A stretch of DNA of 64,000 bases, from assembly GCA_020184695.1 (NCBI GenBank), contig JAANOX010000083.1:416870-480869 (forward strand), given 5' to 3'. This document shows positions 10,809 through 21,938 of this stretch, one piece after another. Every line of letters begins with the position of its first letter. Within the stretch, counting starts at the first letter, position 1. This DNA is from Histomonas meleagridis 2922-C6/04-290x (taxonomy: Eukaryota; Protista; Parabasalia). The notes beneath the pieces were generated by a model. That model saw only the letters and a program-made list of their open reading frames with translations, was not told the origin of the DNA and ran no database searches. The translations under genes were made by a program, and so were the position numbers.

Positions 10809-13142
10809 TTATGTCAGAGATGCACCGATTAAAACAATCAATTTTTCATCTGCTTCTTTCAGTTGCCTAAAAACTGAGGAATAAGCAGATAATTCACTGC
10901 AATTTTCAACAGCTGAATAATAATCAGCTCTTGGAGAATTAGCAATAAGAAAATGAAATGCAGCTTCTTTTATATCATTTTCTTCTACTTGTTGCATTAC
11001 CTTTACCCAATCCTCAGATGTTTTTGCAAATTGTCTTAAGAATCTTAATGGAAATATTGTATCTCCAAATGTTTCAAGTGCTTCTTTATACCGTTTTGTT
11101 TTAGCAAAATTAATTCCTTTAACAATGTTCTTAATCGACCCAGGAACATCGTTCTCTAAAACGCTATACTCAGTTATACATTGCGCCACAAATTTCACCA
11201 TTTCACTTCCCTCAATCCAACCGCAAAATTTTGGCACTTTTGGCCAATCCGAAAAGTGCCAATTCGCGTCGAGAAATTTTCCTGCGATTTCTAAAGCTTC
11301 TTGAACTCTTTCATGTAAAAAGAAGTAAGAAGCTTTTCTTTCATTAATATCCCATTCGTTGTTAGCGAATTCAGGCTTACCAATTCTCACCAAAGTTGAA
11401 GATGTTAAATCTTTTGAAATCATAGTTAATAATTCATCATCTATTAACGTTAAAGTAGAATCAGGAATATTTAAGAACAATAGTTTTGCGTTTTCATGTT
11501 CATTTTCAACAGATGCTCTAATTGCTTTATATAAATCTAATATCGAAGACTCTGGTAAGTTCACACTACACTTTAATTGTCTTGTTTGTATCAATTTCAT
11601 CACAGCAACATCTGAAGGTTGAATCAGTAAAATTTCACTTAACATTTCCGTTGTAATTTCTTCTTTTTTCAAATTTGTTTTCTCTATGAAATTTCTTTTA
11701 ATTTTTGGGTTTAAATGGTTTATTTCATTCAATGCCTTTTTTCTTTTTCTTTGACTTAATTTTCCTGTGTTAAACGCATAAGAGAGTAAAGACGCAGCTT
11801 CAGCGGGTTCATTTATCTTTTTCTTGTTTTTACTCTTTAGTTTCTCCATTGCAATCTTATAAGCATTCTCCGCAAACAATGGATTACTTTGATTCATTAA
11901 AAAGAGTCCAATCATTTTTGTGTCAATTGAAGATGATTTAATTGCGGCTTTAATTAACACGTCGATCTTTTCGAATTTGAGGATATAAACTCCTGGCCCT
12001 TCATCAGACGTAGTAATGATAACGCAATAATTATTATTCGCGCAGACGAATTTGATGTTCATCATTTTGATGTCATCGCATGCCAAAAGTTGTCCATATG
12101 AATAATCTAAACTTGATTTATCTGGATTTGGAATATACCGAATTTGATCTTTGTTATATAATATTAAAAAGTTTTCATTATATAATATATCAGTGACTCC
12201 ATCACTTGTTTGAATCATTAATGGATCATAGATTTCTTTGCCATTTTTATTAGTGCTACGTTTACATGATAGAATAGCATTGTTTGTGACTAAAATTAAT
12301 GTCTGCGATGAGATAAATTGAATACTAATGGGTTCACCGGGTAAATGAAGACGAAAAACCGTAGTAACCGAAACGATATGATTAGGTAAATGACGTTCTA
12401 AAAAAGAAAAGTTTTTGTTCTCTTGTGAGACACCAAAATCAATGGTAAGTTGGTTTTCTTCTAGCTCATAACATTCTGAACCTGGAATATATGGAGTGGT
12501 ATCATACTCTTGAGGTTCATTTGTTATTTTTAATAAAAAAAGATTGTTGTTGTTAACAAGTGCTAAACTATCACCAAGAAAACTAAATAAGGACGGTTTC
12601 ATGGGAAATGGTGGTATGAGAATAAGTCTAAATACGGGTTTATCATAGATATCCCATATAAGTGCAACAGAATCTGAAACTATAATAATGGAATTTCCAT
12701 TAATTTGAGCAGTTGCACTGGTTCCTTTTTCAAAATTAGCTAATAATAATACTTGTAATTCATTTGGATTAAGATTAGGAAAATACCATTGAACTGGACT
12801 TATATAATTATCTGGTAAAATAATGCTATGTCGAGATTTTGATTCACCTTTTCTCCAATTTAATAATAACTTGAATTTTGTTCCATTTGAATCTCTTTCA
12901 AGAAATAAAATTGCATCATTTGATTCAGAATACCAAAGAGATTCTACATTTTCACTTTTAGTAAAAATTCTATGTGTTTCATTCAGTGGGTCTATCTTTT
13001 GAACCGAAATGTATTGTAAATCTTTATTTAATAATATAAGTTCTTCATTATTTGTTAACCCAGCAGCTGTTGGACAGAACTGCTGAGTATTTTGTTTCGA
13101 ATGAAAAGGGATTTGATTGACAACCTTTGGGAAATGAAACAT
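10809..13142 (-). CDS. HPS3-like (BLOC-2 subunit) beta-propeller plus alpha-solenoid protein
   Basis: N-terminus VVNQIPFHS and VESLWYSESNDAILFLE..FKLLLNWR resemble the HPS3 N-terminal pattern as recalled (LYNLHPFGS, VLRLAYSEAGDYLVAIEE..LRAYVNWR); not searched. Confidence 0.55.
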   Translation of the reverse strand: MFHFPKVVNQIPFHSKQNTQQFCPTAAGLTNNEELILLNKDLQYISVQKIDPLNETHRIFTKSENVESLWYSESNDAILFLERDSNGTKFKLLLNWRKGESKSRHSIILPDNYISPVQWYFPNLNPNELQVLLLANFEKGTSATAQINGNSIIIVSDSVALIWDIYDKPVFRLILIPPFPMKPSLFSFLGDSLALVNNNNLFLLKITNEPQEYDTTPYIPGSECYELEENQLTIDFGVSQENKNFSFLERHLPNHIVSVTTVFRLHLPGEPISIQFISSQTLILVTNNAILSCKRSTNKNGKEIYDPLMIQTSDGVTDILYNENFLILYNKDQIRYIPNPDKSSLDYSYGQLLACDDIKMMNIKFVCANNNYCVIITTSDEGPGVYILKFEKIDVLIKAAIKSSSIDTKMIGLFLMNQSNPLFAENAYKIAMEKLKSKNKKKINEPAEAASLLSYAFNTGKLSQRKRKKALNEINHLNPKIKRNFIEKTNLKKEEITTEMLSEILLIQPSDVAVMKLIQTRQLKCSVNLPESSILDLYKAIRASVENEHENAKLLFLNIPDSTLTLIDDELLTMISKDLTSSTLVRIGKPEFANNEWDINERKASYFFLHERVQEALEIAGKFLDANWHFSDWPKVPKFCGWIEGSEMVKFVAQCITEYSVLENDVPGSIKNIVKGINFAKTKRYKEALETFGDTIFPLRFLRQFAKTSEDWVKVMQQVEENDIKEAAFHFLIANSPRADYYSAVENCSELSAYSSVFRQLKEADEKLIVLIGASLT

Positions 13143-13237
13143 TTGCTGGTTGCCACTTTTGTGTAAGCATTATCGTGCGACGGTTTTCAGGATAAAAACG
13201 AACCCAATTAACGGTTTCTTCGGCCACTTTACGGACA
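13143..13237. promoter_or_regulatory. 95-bp bidirectional promoter between HPS3-like gene and CCT6
   Basis: Divergent ATGs at 13142 and 13238; M3-like GACGGTT (13179) and AACGGTT (13210); CCACTTT motifs near both starts. Confidence 0.65.
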
Positions 13238-14830
13238 ATGGCAGCTGTTTCCCAGCTTAACCAACAGGCTGAACTTTACAGGCGTGATCAAGCCTTGACA
13301 ATGAACTTGAACGCCTCTCATAGCTTAGCAGATATCCTCAAAACAAATCTTGGCCCAGCAGGCACATTAAAAATGCTTGTTGGTGGTGCAGGTGATATCC
13401 AACTTACAAAAGATGGAAATGTTCTTCTTAAAAACCTCACCATCATCCACCCAACAGCTATGCTTATTGCACGTGCTGCTGTTGCTCAAGATGATAATAC
13501 AGGCGATGGTACAACATCAACAATTGTTTTAATCGATGGTATTCTTAAGAACTGTGAACGTCGTCTTGCTGAAGGTGTTCATCCACGTGTATTAACAAAC
13601 GGTCTTGAAGAAGCTCGTGAAGAAGCATTACGATTCCTTGATTCATTCAAAACTAAAATTGATCAAAACAATCGTGATGTTCTTCTTGAGGTTGCACGCA
13701 CCTCAATTGGCACCAAACTTCCACAAGATTTAGTTAACCAATTAGCAGAGATTGTTACTGATGCTGTCTTAACAATCAAACCAGAGAAAGGACCAGCCGA
13801 TCTTCTTATGGTTGAACAACTTTCCATGCTTACCAAATTAGCAAATGATACTCAATTAGTCAAAGGTTTAGTATTAGATCATGGACTTCGTCATCCATTA
13901 ATGAAGCGTAATCTTCATAACTGTTATATCTTAGCACTTAATGTCTCATTAGAATTTGAAAATACCGAAGTTAACACATCTCTTAATGCAACCAACGCAG
14001 TTAATCGCGAAAAACTTGTCAAAGCCGAACGTTCATTTGTTGACAAGAAGGTTCAAGCCATCATTGACTTAAAGAATGAAGTATGCAAGAATGGCGAAGA
14101 TTTCCTTGTCATTAACATGAAAGGTATAGATCCACCATCATTAGAAATGTTTTACAGAGCCGGAATTTCCGCATTACGTCGTGCCAAACGTCGTAATATG
14201 GAACGATTACATGAAGCATGTGGTACTATCGAAACAAACAGTGTCGAGAACCTCACCAAAGACTGCCTTGGATGGGCCGGACATGTCTGGGAGACTATTT
14301 TAGGCGAAGATCACTTTACATTTGTTGAAGATTTGAAGAATCCAAAGTCCGTTTCCATCTTAATCAAAGGTCCAAACAGCCACACCATCAAACAAATGCA
14401 AGACGCTATCCGTGACGGACTTAGAGCTGTCAATAATGCAATTGCAGATGAGGCAGTCATTGTCGGAGCCGGCGCATTCGAAGCAGCGCTCTCTGCGCAC
14501 TTACACGAGTACAAGAAGAACGTCGACGGAAAGAAGAGACTCGGCGTTGAAGCATTTGCTGAAGCTGTTTTGGAAATTCCTCGAGTTATCGCTCACAATG
14601 CTGGCCACGACGCTGTTGATGTCATAGTTGCACTACAAAACGCCGCAGACAAAAAACAAATTGTTGGAATTGATATCGATAATGGTGAGATGATGGACCC
14701 GAAGACAAAAGGAATTTGGGACAATTATTGCGTGAAGAAGAATCAAATACAATCGGCTCCTTTGGTCGCTACACAATTGCTTTTGGTGGACGAGGTTTTG
14801 AAAGCAGGAAAATCAATGAATAAGCAGTAA
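13238..14830 (+). CDS. CCT6: T-complex protein 1 subunit zeta (CCT6)
   Basis: LKTNLGPAGTLKMLVGGAGDIQLTKDG, GDGTTS, GLVLDHGLRHP, RRAKRRNMERL, RDGLRAV. Confidence 0.97.
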   Translation: MAAVSQLNQQAELYRRDQALTMNLNASHSLADILKTNLGPAGTLKMLVGGAGDIQLTKDGNVLLKNLTIIHPTAMLIARAAVAQDDNTGDGTTSTIVLIDGILKNCERRLAEGVHPRVLTNGLEEAREEALRFLDSFKTKIDQNNRDVLLEVARTSIGTKLPQDLVNQLAEIVTDAVLTIKPEKGPADLLMVEQLSMLTKLANDTQLVKGLVLDHGLRHPLMKRNLHNCYILALNVSLEFENTEVNTSLNATNAVNREKLVKAERSFVDKKVQAIIDLKNEVCKNGEDFLVINMKGIDPPSLEMFYRAGISALRRAKRRNMERLHEACGTIETNSVENLTKDCLGWAGHVWETILGEDHFTFVEDLKNPKSVSILIKGPNSHTIKQMQDAIRDGLRAVNNAIADEAVIVGAGAFEAALSAHLHEYKKNVDGKKRLGVEAFAEAVLEIPRVIAHNAGHDAVDVIVALQNAADKKQIVGIDIDNGEMMDPKTKGIWDNYCVKKNQIQSAPLVATQLLLVDEVLKAGKSMNKQ

Positions 14831-15194
14831 ACCATTGAATTGGATTTGTGAATGGATAAAGCAGCGAAAAATTGATTGTATTCAAATTTGAAAGGCTAAT
14901 CCAGCCAGACGGTTGTATCAAAAATGACGTCGAATCGCATAATATTATCAAAAAGTGAAAATCCTCTTGATCAAGAATTTCAAATTTTGAATAGTTAGGA
15001 AAATTCATATTTGAATACTTTTCACCACAAATGCTGAATTTCACTTGACTATTCGCCTTTTTCATAATATAAACGGCGATAACATTCAAAATTTCTGATA
15101 GTAATCGGCTATATTGAATTTTGGATGAATTCTTCACCACAATGGACCGCCTTGAACAAAAATTAAATCTCAAAGTCTCAGCAGGAATTGCACA

Positions 15195-18100
15195 ATGTTG
15201 TTTTTATTATGCATCTACTCATCATGTGATATTCTTAATGGTACAAAACAGGTGGTATTAACAACAAATAAATTTGATCAATTCAGCAAATTTAGATCCA
15301 TTTTAAATAAATTATCAAAGATATTCCATATAAAAAAATTACATGGGCAAAGAAAACTGAAAATATTTTTTTTCACTTGTTTTTGTTTATTAAGTCATTT
15401 TTTTGGAAACATGTTCAAAATATTTCCATATTGTATTCCTTCCATCTTATCATTTGATTCGCTTATGTCCATCATAAATAATTCGCGTTATTTTGATTCA
15501 CTATTTTCTAATATTAATATTAATGTTCAATCTAAACATAATTGCTTACTTCCAAAATATTTCTTTCTCTTCTCTTATTTGTCATTATTTGTCTTAATAA
15601 GTCTTTTTATTATTATTATTTATTTGTTTTTATTTAAAGTAATGAATTATTTTAAAATATTTTTAAGGAAAATACTTTATAAAGAAAAAATTAATCATAA
15701 AATTCTTCCAATTTTACTGATCCTTTTTTACAAACAAGCATCAGAAATATGTTTTTCAAATTCTACACTTACAATAACCAATATTAGTGAATTTGATGAA
15801 ATAAATCAATATAAAAGTCAAACAAAATACATTAATTTTAGCGGTGATGTAATCATAATTCAGGAGAACTCTTTTTATGGATGGGATAATTTAACATCAG
15901 TAGAAATAGGTCAATCAGTCACTTCAATTGGTAATCATGCATTTTCGTTTTGCTTTAATCTTAAAACAGTTATAATTGGAGATCATGTAGAAACCATTGG
16001 AAATTTTGCATTTTCAAATTCATCATTATCAGATATCATCATTCCAGCATCAGTCACTTTTATTGGAGAAGGAGTTTTTGCAGGTTGTTCTGTTCTTAAA
16101 TTTATTAATGTATCTGATAAAAATATGAAATATTCTTCAAATGATGGAATTCTTTATAATAATGATAATACTACTATTATTTGTTATCCTGCAGGAATTA
16201 CTGCTGAAAAGTTTGAAATTCCTAATTCAATTGTAACAATAGAATGTTATGCATTTTATCAATGTAACAATTTAAAAAATATTATTATTGGAAAAAATGT
16301 CACAATAATTGGAGAACATTCATTTTATAAATGTTCAAATTTAATAAATATTTCAATTCCAGATTCGGTATCTACAATTGGAAGTTATGCATTTTATAAA
16401 TGTTCAAAATTAGAAAAAATTACAATACCAGATATGGTAACTTCAATTGAAAGTAATTTATTTGATGGTTGTAATGCATTATCATATGTATTAATTGGGG
16501 AAAATGTAAATGAAATTGGAAATTATGCATTTCATTATTGCTCTTCTTTAGAAAGTATTTCTATTCCAAATGAAGTGACTTCAATTGGTAATCATGCATT
16601 TTATTATTGCTCTTTTTTAGAAAGTATTTCCATTCCTAATAAAGTAACTTCAATTGGTAATCATGCATTTTATTCTTGCAAGAAATTAGAAAGTATTTCT
16701 ATTCCAAATGAAGTGATTTCAATTGGTAATCATGCATTTTATTATTGCTATAATTTAAAAGCAGTTGTTATTGAAGATAATTCTAAATTACAAAATATTG
16801 GAAATAATGCATTTCAATCATGCGAAGCATTGGTTGATATGAGAATTCCTACATCAGTCACTTCAATTGGAGAAAGTGTTTTTGCAGGTTGTTCTGTTCT
16901 TAAATTTATTAATGTATCTGATAAAAATATGAAATATTCTTCAAATGATGGAATTCTTTATAATAATGATAATACTACTATTATTTGTTATCCTGCAGGA
17001 ATTACTGCTGAAAAGTTTGAAATTCCTAATTCAATTGTAACAATAGAATGTTATGCATTTTATCAATGTAACAATTTAAAAAATATTATTATTGGAAAAA
17101 ATGTCACAATAATTGGAGAACATTCATTTTATAAATGTTCAAATTTAATAAATATTTCAATTCCAGATTCAGTATCTACAATTGGAAGTTATGCATTTCG
17201 CTTATGTACTAAATTAAAAAATGTTACTATAGGAAAAAATGTTACAGTAATTGGTGAATATTCATTTTATCAATGTAATTCTTTAGTAAATATTATAATA
17301 CCTAATTTGGTCACTTCAATTGGAAATTCTACATTTCACTCATGTTTCAAATTAGAAAGTGTTACTATAGGAAAAAATGTTATAGTGATTGGAGAACATT
17401 CATTTCATAAATGTTCAAATTTAACAAAAATTACAATTCCAGATTCAGTTACTTCGATTGGAAATCATGCATTTTACTCATGTACAAAATTAGAAAGCAT
17501 TATTATTGGAAAAAATGTTAAAGTAATTGGAGAACATTCATTTCATTCATGTAGTTCTTTAGTAAATATTACTATTCCAGATTCAGTTACTTCGATTGGA
17601 AATCATGCATTTTACTCATGTACAAAATTAGAAAGCATTATTATTGGAAAAAATGTTAAAGTAATTGGAGAACATTCATTTCATTCATGTAGTTCTTTAG
17701 TAAATATTACTATTCCAGATTCAGTTACTTCGATTGGAAATCATGCATTTTACTCATGTACAAAATTAGAAAGCATTATTATTGGAAAAAATGTTAAAGT
17801 AATTGGTGAATATTCATTTTATCAATGTAATTCTTTAAGAAAGATTTCAATTCCAGATTCAGTAACTTACATTAAAAGTTATGCTTTTCATAAATGTGAA
17901 AACTTAATAACAGCAATCATTGGTGAAGGTATAATATCAATTGGACTTTGTGCATTTCAAGATTGCAGCAATCTCAGCTGTATTTATTATAAAGGTGATA
18001 CATTGCCATTTATAGATGCTTATGCATTTAGTGAAATCTCGACACAATATGTTATGACATCAAATATATATAATGATACAACATTCGGTAACCTTAATGT

Positions 18101-18689
18101 TTCCAAGGGATCATCGATCGGTGAATGTAATCAATATCCATGGCCAACAAATACATTTACACAATCAAGTTCATTTTCTCATTCGAATTCAAACACATTT
18201 ACAAAGTCAAATATTTTTATAGAATCAAATACATTATATTCATTAACACTAACACATTCATTATCTATTACCCAAACATTAGTCATCAATACATTTTTAA
18301 CCAAATCGTTCATTCAAACATTGACTAATTCCATTTCTACATTTATTTATTCCGATTTTATTTATTATAATTATACCATTATCCAATATTCCACGTATTA
18401 TATCTTTTATTCATATTTTTATTTTACTATTATTCAAACATATACTCAACAAAATCAAAATATTTCAACTAAAGCTTTAATTGGTATTGTTTGCGGTTCA
18501 ATTGCTGCTGTTATATTAATTATTGGAATTGTTATTTTTGTTGTTAGGCATAATCAAAAACAAAAATTACAACAAAACTCACATATATTATCCAGAAGTT
18601 TTTCATCCAACAGTAAAAAACAGCTTGAACAAATTGATCAACATGAAATGGATGAATATGTTCAACAAGAAGATGACAATTGGATATAA
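15195..18689 (+). CDS. BspA-like leucine-rich-repeat (LRR_5) surface protein
   Basis: About 30 23-aa TpLRR units (IPDSVTSIGNHAFYSC.KLESI), S/T-rich stalk, TM ALIGIVCGSIAAVILIIGIVIFVV, acidic tail; exact start uncertain. Confidence 0.92.
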   Translation: MLFLLCIYSSCDILNGTKQVVLTTNKFDQFSKFRSILNKLSKIFHIKKLHGQRKLKIFFFTCFCLLSHFFGNMFKIFPYCIPSILSFDSLMSIINNSRYFDSLFSNININVQSKHNCLLPKYFFLFSYLSLFVLISLFIIIIYLFLFKVMNYFKIFLRKILYKEKINHKILPILLILFYKQASEICFSNSTLTITNISEFDEINQYKSQTKYINFSGDVIIIQENSFYGWDNLTSVEIGQSVTSIGNHAFSFCFNLKTVIIGDHVETIGNFAFSNSSLSDIIIPASVTFIGEGVFAGCSVLKFINVSDKNMKYSSNDGILYNNDNTTIICYPAGITAEKFEIPNSIVTIECYAFYQCNNLKNIIIGKNVTIIGEHSFYKCSNLINISIPDSVSTIGSYAFYKCSKLEKITIPDMVTSIESNLFDGCNALSYVLIGENVNEIGNYAFHYCSSLESISIPNEVTSIGNHAFYYCSFLESISIPNKVTSIGNHAFYSCKKLESISIPNEVISIGNHAFYYCYNLKAVVIEDNSKLQNIGNNAFQSCEALVDMRIPTSVTSIGESVFAGCSVLKFINVSDKNMKYSSNDGILYNNDNTTIICYPAGITAEKFEIPNSIVTIECYAFYQCNNLKNIIIGKNVTIIGEHSFYKCSNLINISIPDSVSTIGSYAFRLCTKLKNVTIGKNVTVIGEYSFYQCNSLVNIIIPNLVTSIGNSTFHSCFKLESVTIGKNVIVIGEHSFHKCSNLTKITIPDSVTSIGNHAFYSCTKLESIIIGKNVKVIGEHSFHSCSSLVNITIPDSVTSIGNHAFYSCTKLESIIIGKNVKVIGEHSFHSCSSLVNITIPDSVTSIGNHAFYSCTKLESIIIGKNVKVIGEYSFYQCNSLRKISIPDSVTYIKSYAFHKCENLITAIIGEGIISIGLCAFQDCSNLSCIYYKGDTLPFIDAYAFSEISTQYVMTSNIYNDTTFGNLNVSKGSSIGECNQYPWPTNTFTQSSSFSHSNSNTFTKSNIFIESNTLYSLTLTHSLSITQTLVINTFLTKSFIQTLTNSISTFIYSDFIYYNYTIIQYSTYYIFYSYFYFTIIQTYTQQNQNISTKALIGIVCGSIAAVILIIGIVIFVVRHNQKQKLQQNSHILSRSFSSNSKKQLEQIDQHEMDEYVQQEDDNWI
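16050..17198 (+). repeat. Near-identical ~345-bp intragenic duplication, offset 804 bp (about 16050-16394 and 16854-17198)
   Basis: GCAGGTTGTTCTGTTCTTAAATTT begins at both 16080 and 16884 with near-continuous identity downstream. Confidence 0.9.
17437..17865 (+). repeat. 138-bp (two-LRR, 46 aa) tandem repeat, about 3 copies
   Basis: TTCCAGATTCAG recurs at 17437, 17575, 17713, 17851. Confidence 0.9.
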
Positions 18690-19432
18690 AGCGAATATTA
18701 ATATCATATGTTCAAAATGCAAATCATTGTAACAAAATCGTTTGTAAAAATATATAATAAAAATTTATTTGTTAATTTAAAGAATATGTATTTATTTATG
18801 AATTTTTTTTCAGAACAAAATTTTTTACTTTGAAACATCAGTAAAATTTAATGTTTATTTCACGATTCTCGTTCCGCTATGAGTTTTTAACCTTTGCTAA
18901 AACCCATTGAATTTCATTTTTTCGAAGAATTTCATAAATTTTACTTGATATTTTTTTTTGTTACACACTCTCTTTTCTGCTTTTAAATTTCAAGGGTTGA
19001 TGATATATGTTTATTGAAAATTGTTTCGATTGATTTTTGAGAATTTCTGTACAAAACAACCTAAGAAGTGTGCCTTAATATATCCTATTTTCAATAATAT
19101 ATTTCCTAAAATAGACAAGATTTTCAAAACGCCATATTCCAATGAACTATAATTTGATTATAGCCCCTAGAAGAATAAATTATGTTAACAAATTGAATCG
19201 TCAATTGTAATTTCGAAATTTTGAAAACTAATTTTATACTGAGTATTTTCTCGTAGATAGGAATTATCGCTTATAAAAACAAATATTTCATATATATTAT
19301 AATCAACATATGATCTGAATTTGTTGCGTTACGAATATCCTTCAAATTTCTGCCCACCCATCTGATATGGATAACCGTTAACATATTGAAATTTCAAACG
19401 ACGCAATTCTGATTACATTTTTCTTCATATTT

Positions 19433-21685
19433 ATGCAGCCAAACATACAGGATCCACCTGAAACCTTATATAACAAAGCACTAAAGTTGCGGAATCAAGT
19501 GGATTGGTATTATCCTGTTAACAAAATATATAAAAATTATGCAAAATCTTTATTTGAACATTATATTGATCTATTAATAAATTTGCAAATGTCAGCTTAT
19601 ATCACTGCCAACTATTTTAGCAAAAAAGAGTTTAAAATCGATTATTCAAAAATATTTGAACTTTATGAAAATTATGAAAATATAGAAATTTTTAGTAAAA
19701 GATTCAAGCACCCATATGCACAGGTTATTGAATATGCGTTCACTGATATTTTTCTTAGCGACAGGAAACGTGATTTAACTGAAAGTATTAAAAAATTTTT
19801 TGAAAATAATGAAGATTTTTTATATTTATTTGCTCATGTTACTTTCCCATCTCTCTTTTGCTACTATTCTTTGCCAGAGACATTTAATTTTGCTGTAGCA
19901 ATTATCAAAACAATACTCCAAATTGAATGCAACCCAAAAGTTAAATGTCACCTTTGCAGCTCATTTTTCGAATCATATCCAATGTTCCTAAGTTCTTTAT
20001 TTGAGAAATATGCCGAATATTCATTTTCAACAGTTGAAAAAATAGAACCATTCGAAAAACTTATTTTGTCAATTCAACATGCATGCAAATTTCTTACATA
20101 TGAGCATTTTAATATTATACGAGGCACTGATCCTATTTTATTTAAATTAATATTTATTGATACACTTTTAGTACCACAATTCAAAATTCGTTATTATGAC
20201 AATGACTTTGCAAACTTTCTTCTAAACATTCAGCCTGATAGTGAAAAGTTTAAGCGGATAATGGAAACATTTTCATGCCAAAGATTCTATCGTCCACTCG
20301 ATTTGAGGGTTTACGGCAGTTTCTCATACATGAACATGGTAAAAAAGGATACACCATATTTTACATGGTTCCCATTTTATGCATCTATGTGCGAAATCAA
20401 ATTATTACATGGTATAATTCTTAACTTTACTGATAAAAAGTTCCAAAGTTTGGTTAATTTACCATTTAAAGATACGTTTAAAATGAATTATTCTACAACA
20501 CTGTATCAAATTCATATACACTTGGGCGGAAACTTTGGTAATAAAATGAATGAACTGGATGAATTATATCAAAAAGGATTTTTATTCCAAGAAAAGAAAT
20601 ATATTATCGGAAAAAATGAATTTAAATTTAAATTGATTTTTAACCAAATTATTAAAACATCCGAAAAATATAAATGCGATCCAATTGATTTCTTTCTAAT
20701 TCTGAATGACCATTTAAAGAAACAAACATCTAATCAAGAGAATCAAAATGTTCATCAAGAAAATCAAAATCCTAATCAAGAAAATCAAAATTCTAATCAA
20801 GAGAATCAAAATGTTCATCAAGAAAATCAAAATGTTCATCAAGAAAATCAAAATGTTAATCAAGAAAATCAAAATCCTAATCAAGAAAATCAAAATGTTA
20901 ATCAAGAAAATCATGCATTTAATCCAAATCATCAAATTCTTGAATGTCCGGAGGTTCAAACATTTCGAGATATTGAGGCAGTAATTTCCGATCCTGAGTT
21001 CCAAATATATTTCTGGAAGAAATTATCAAATAAATACATCAAGAAAATCAATGACTTAGATGTCATACTCGCGATCAAAAATTGTGAAAATTCGATAAAT
21101 GAAATCGAAAATTTGATGTCACGAAACTTATACAACTTAATGTTATACGTGACCCTTAACCTAAATACCACAAACTTCAAAACTAATGAGATTGATTACA
21201 ACAGCACTATTTTCTGGAAAGTTTTAAATGAGGTTTATGACTTTGATCAGATGAAAATATCGAATGAATTAGTTCAGTGTTTAGAGTTTGATCCAACAAA
21301 AGTTTTGTTAAAGCAAAATGAAGTTGAAAAGTTACAAATTTTTATGAAAAATTTATTTAAAGTCCACTACCAAACAGTCGTTAGATTTGTGCCTGAAATT
21401 ATTTTAATGCTCAAAAATCGATTTAAGAATATAAAAAAAGCAAATGATTTAGAATTGGCAGTGTATAACTCATTTATTTCAATAATAAGCAAATGTAAAT
21501 TAGAGTTTTCTCAATTTTTTTGTTACTATTTCAAAGTCGCTGATAAAAACTTAAACAAAATGAAAAGACCTCCAAACTATATAAGAGAAGGATGGATGTA
21601 CATATATGGACTTTTAAATAAATTTGCACTGAAAAATAATATAAATTTGGTGCAACAATTTACAGAATTTTTTATAAGTGATTAA
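19433..21685 (+). CDS. Hypothetical 750-aa protein with a Q/E/N heptad repeat insert
   Basis: Long open frame; LFAHVTFPSLFCYY segment resembles a trichomonad-type hypothetical family (recollection). Confidence 0.7.
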   Translation: MQPNIQDPPETLYNKALKLRNQVDWYYPVNKIYKNYAKSLFEHYIDLLINLQMSAYITANYFSKKEFKIDYSKIFELYENYENIEIFSKRFKHPYAQVIEYAFTDIFLSDRKRDLTESIKKFFENNEDFLYLFAHVTFPSLFCYYSLPETFNFAVAIIKTILQIECNPKVKCHLCSSFFESYPMFLSSLFEKYAEYSFSTVEKIEPFEKLILSIQHACKFLTYEHFNIIRGTDPILFKLIFIDTLLVPQFKIRYYDNDFANFLLNIQPDSEKFKRIMETFSCQRFYRPLDLRVYGSFSYMNMVKKDTPYFTWFPFYASMCEIKLLHGIILNFTDKKFQSLVNLPFKDTFKMNYSTTLYQIHIHLGGNFGNKMNELDELYQKGFLFQEKKYIIGKNEFKFKLIFNQIIKTSEKYKCDPIDFFLILNDHLKKQTSNQENQNVHQENQNPNQENQNSNQENQNVHQENQNVHQENQNVNQENQNPNQENQNVNQENHAFNPNHQILECPEVQTFRDIEAVISDPEFQIYFWKKLSNKYIKKINDLDVILAIKNCENSINEIENLMSRNLYNLMLYVTLNLNTTNFKTNEIDYNSTIFWKVLNEVYDFDQMKISNELVQCLEFDPTKVLLKQNEVEKLQIFMKNLFKVHYQTVVRFVPEIILMLKNRFKNIKKANDLELAVYNSFISIISKCKLEFSQFFCYYFKVADKNLNKMKRPPNYIREGWMYIYGLLNKFALKNNINLVQQFTEFFISD
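20732..20914 (+). repeat. 21-bp coding tandem repeat ([N/H]QENQN[V/P/S]), 8 full copies plus a partial
   Basis: (A/C)ATCAAGA(A/G)AATCAAAAT-nnn units. Confidence 0.95.
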
Positions 21686-21938
21686 ATTAACACTAGAGTT
21701 ACTATTAATAATAAAAAATATCGCTAAATTATTTTTTTATTTGTTGAAGCACCAAAAATGTTTATAACGATCAATTCCAATTTAATCTGCTTTCAAAAAG
21801 TTCTATCGTAACATGTTAATTAAATTTTGTCAAAAGTGAGAAGTTGCGCAGTTACTTCATTGAAATTTTCTGTGGTGAACGCACTTTTTCAATCCGTTTA
21901 TAAACGGTTTCCTGTTATTGAAAACTTCTATCGTTCAG

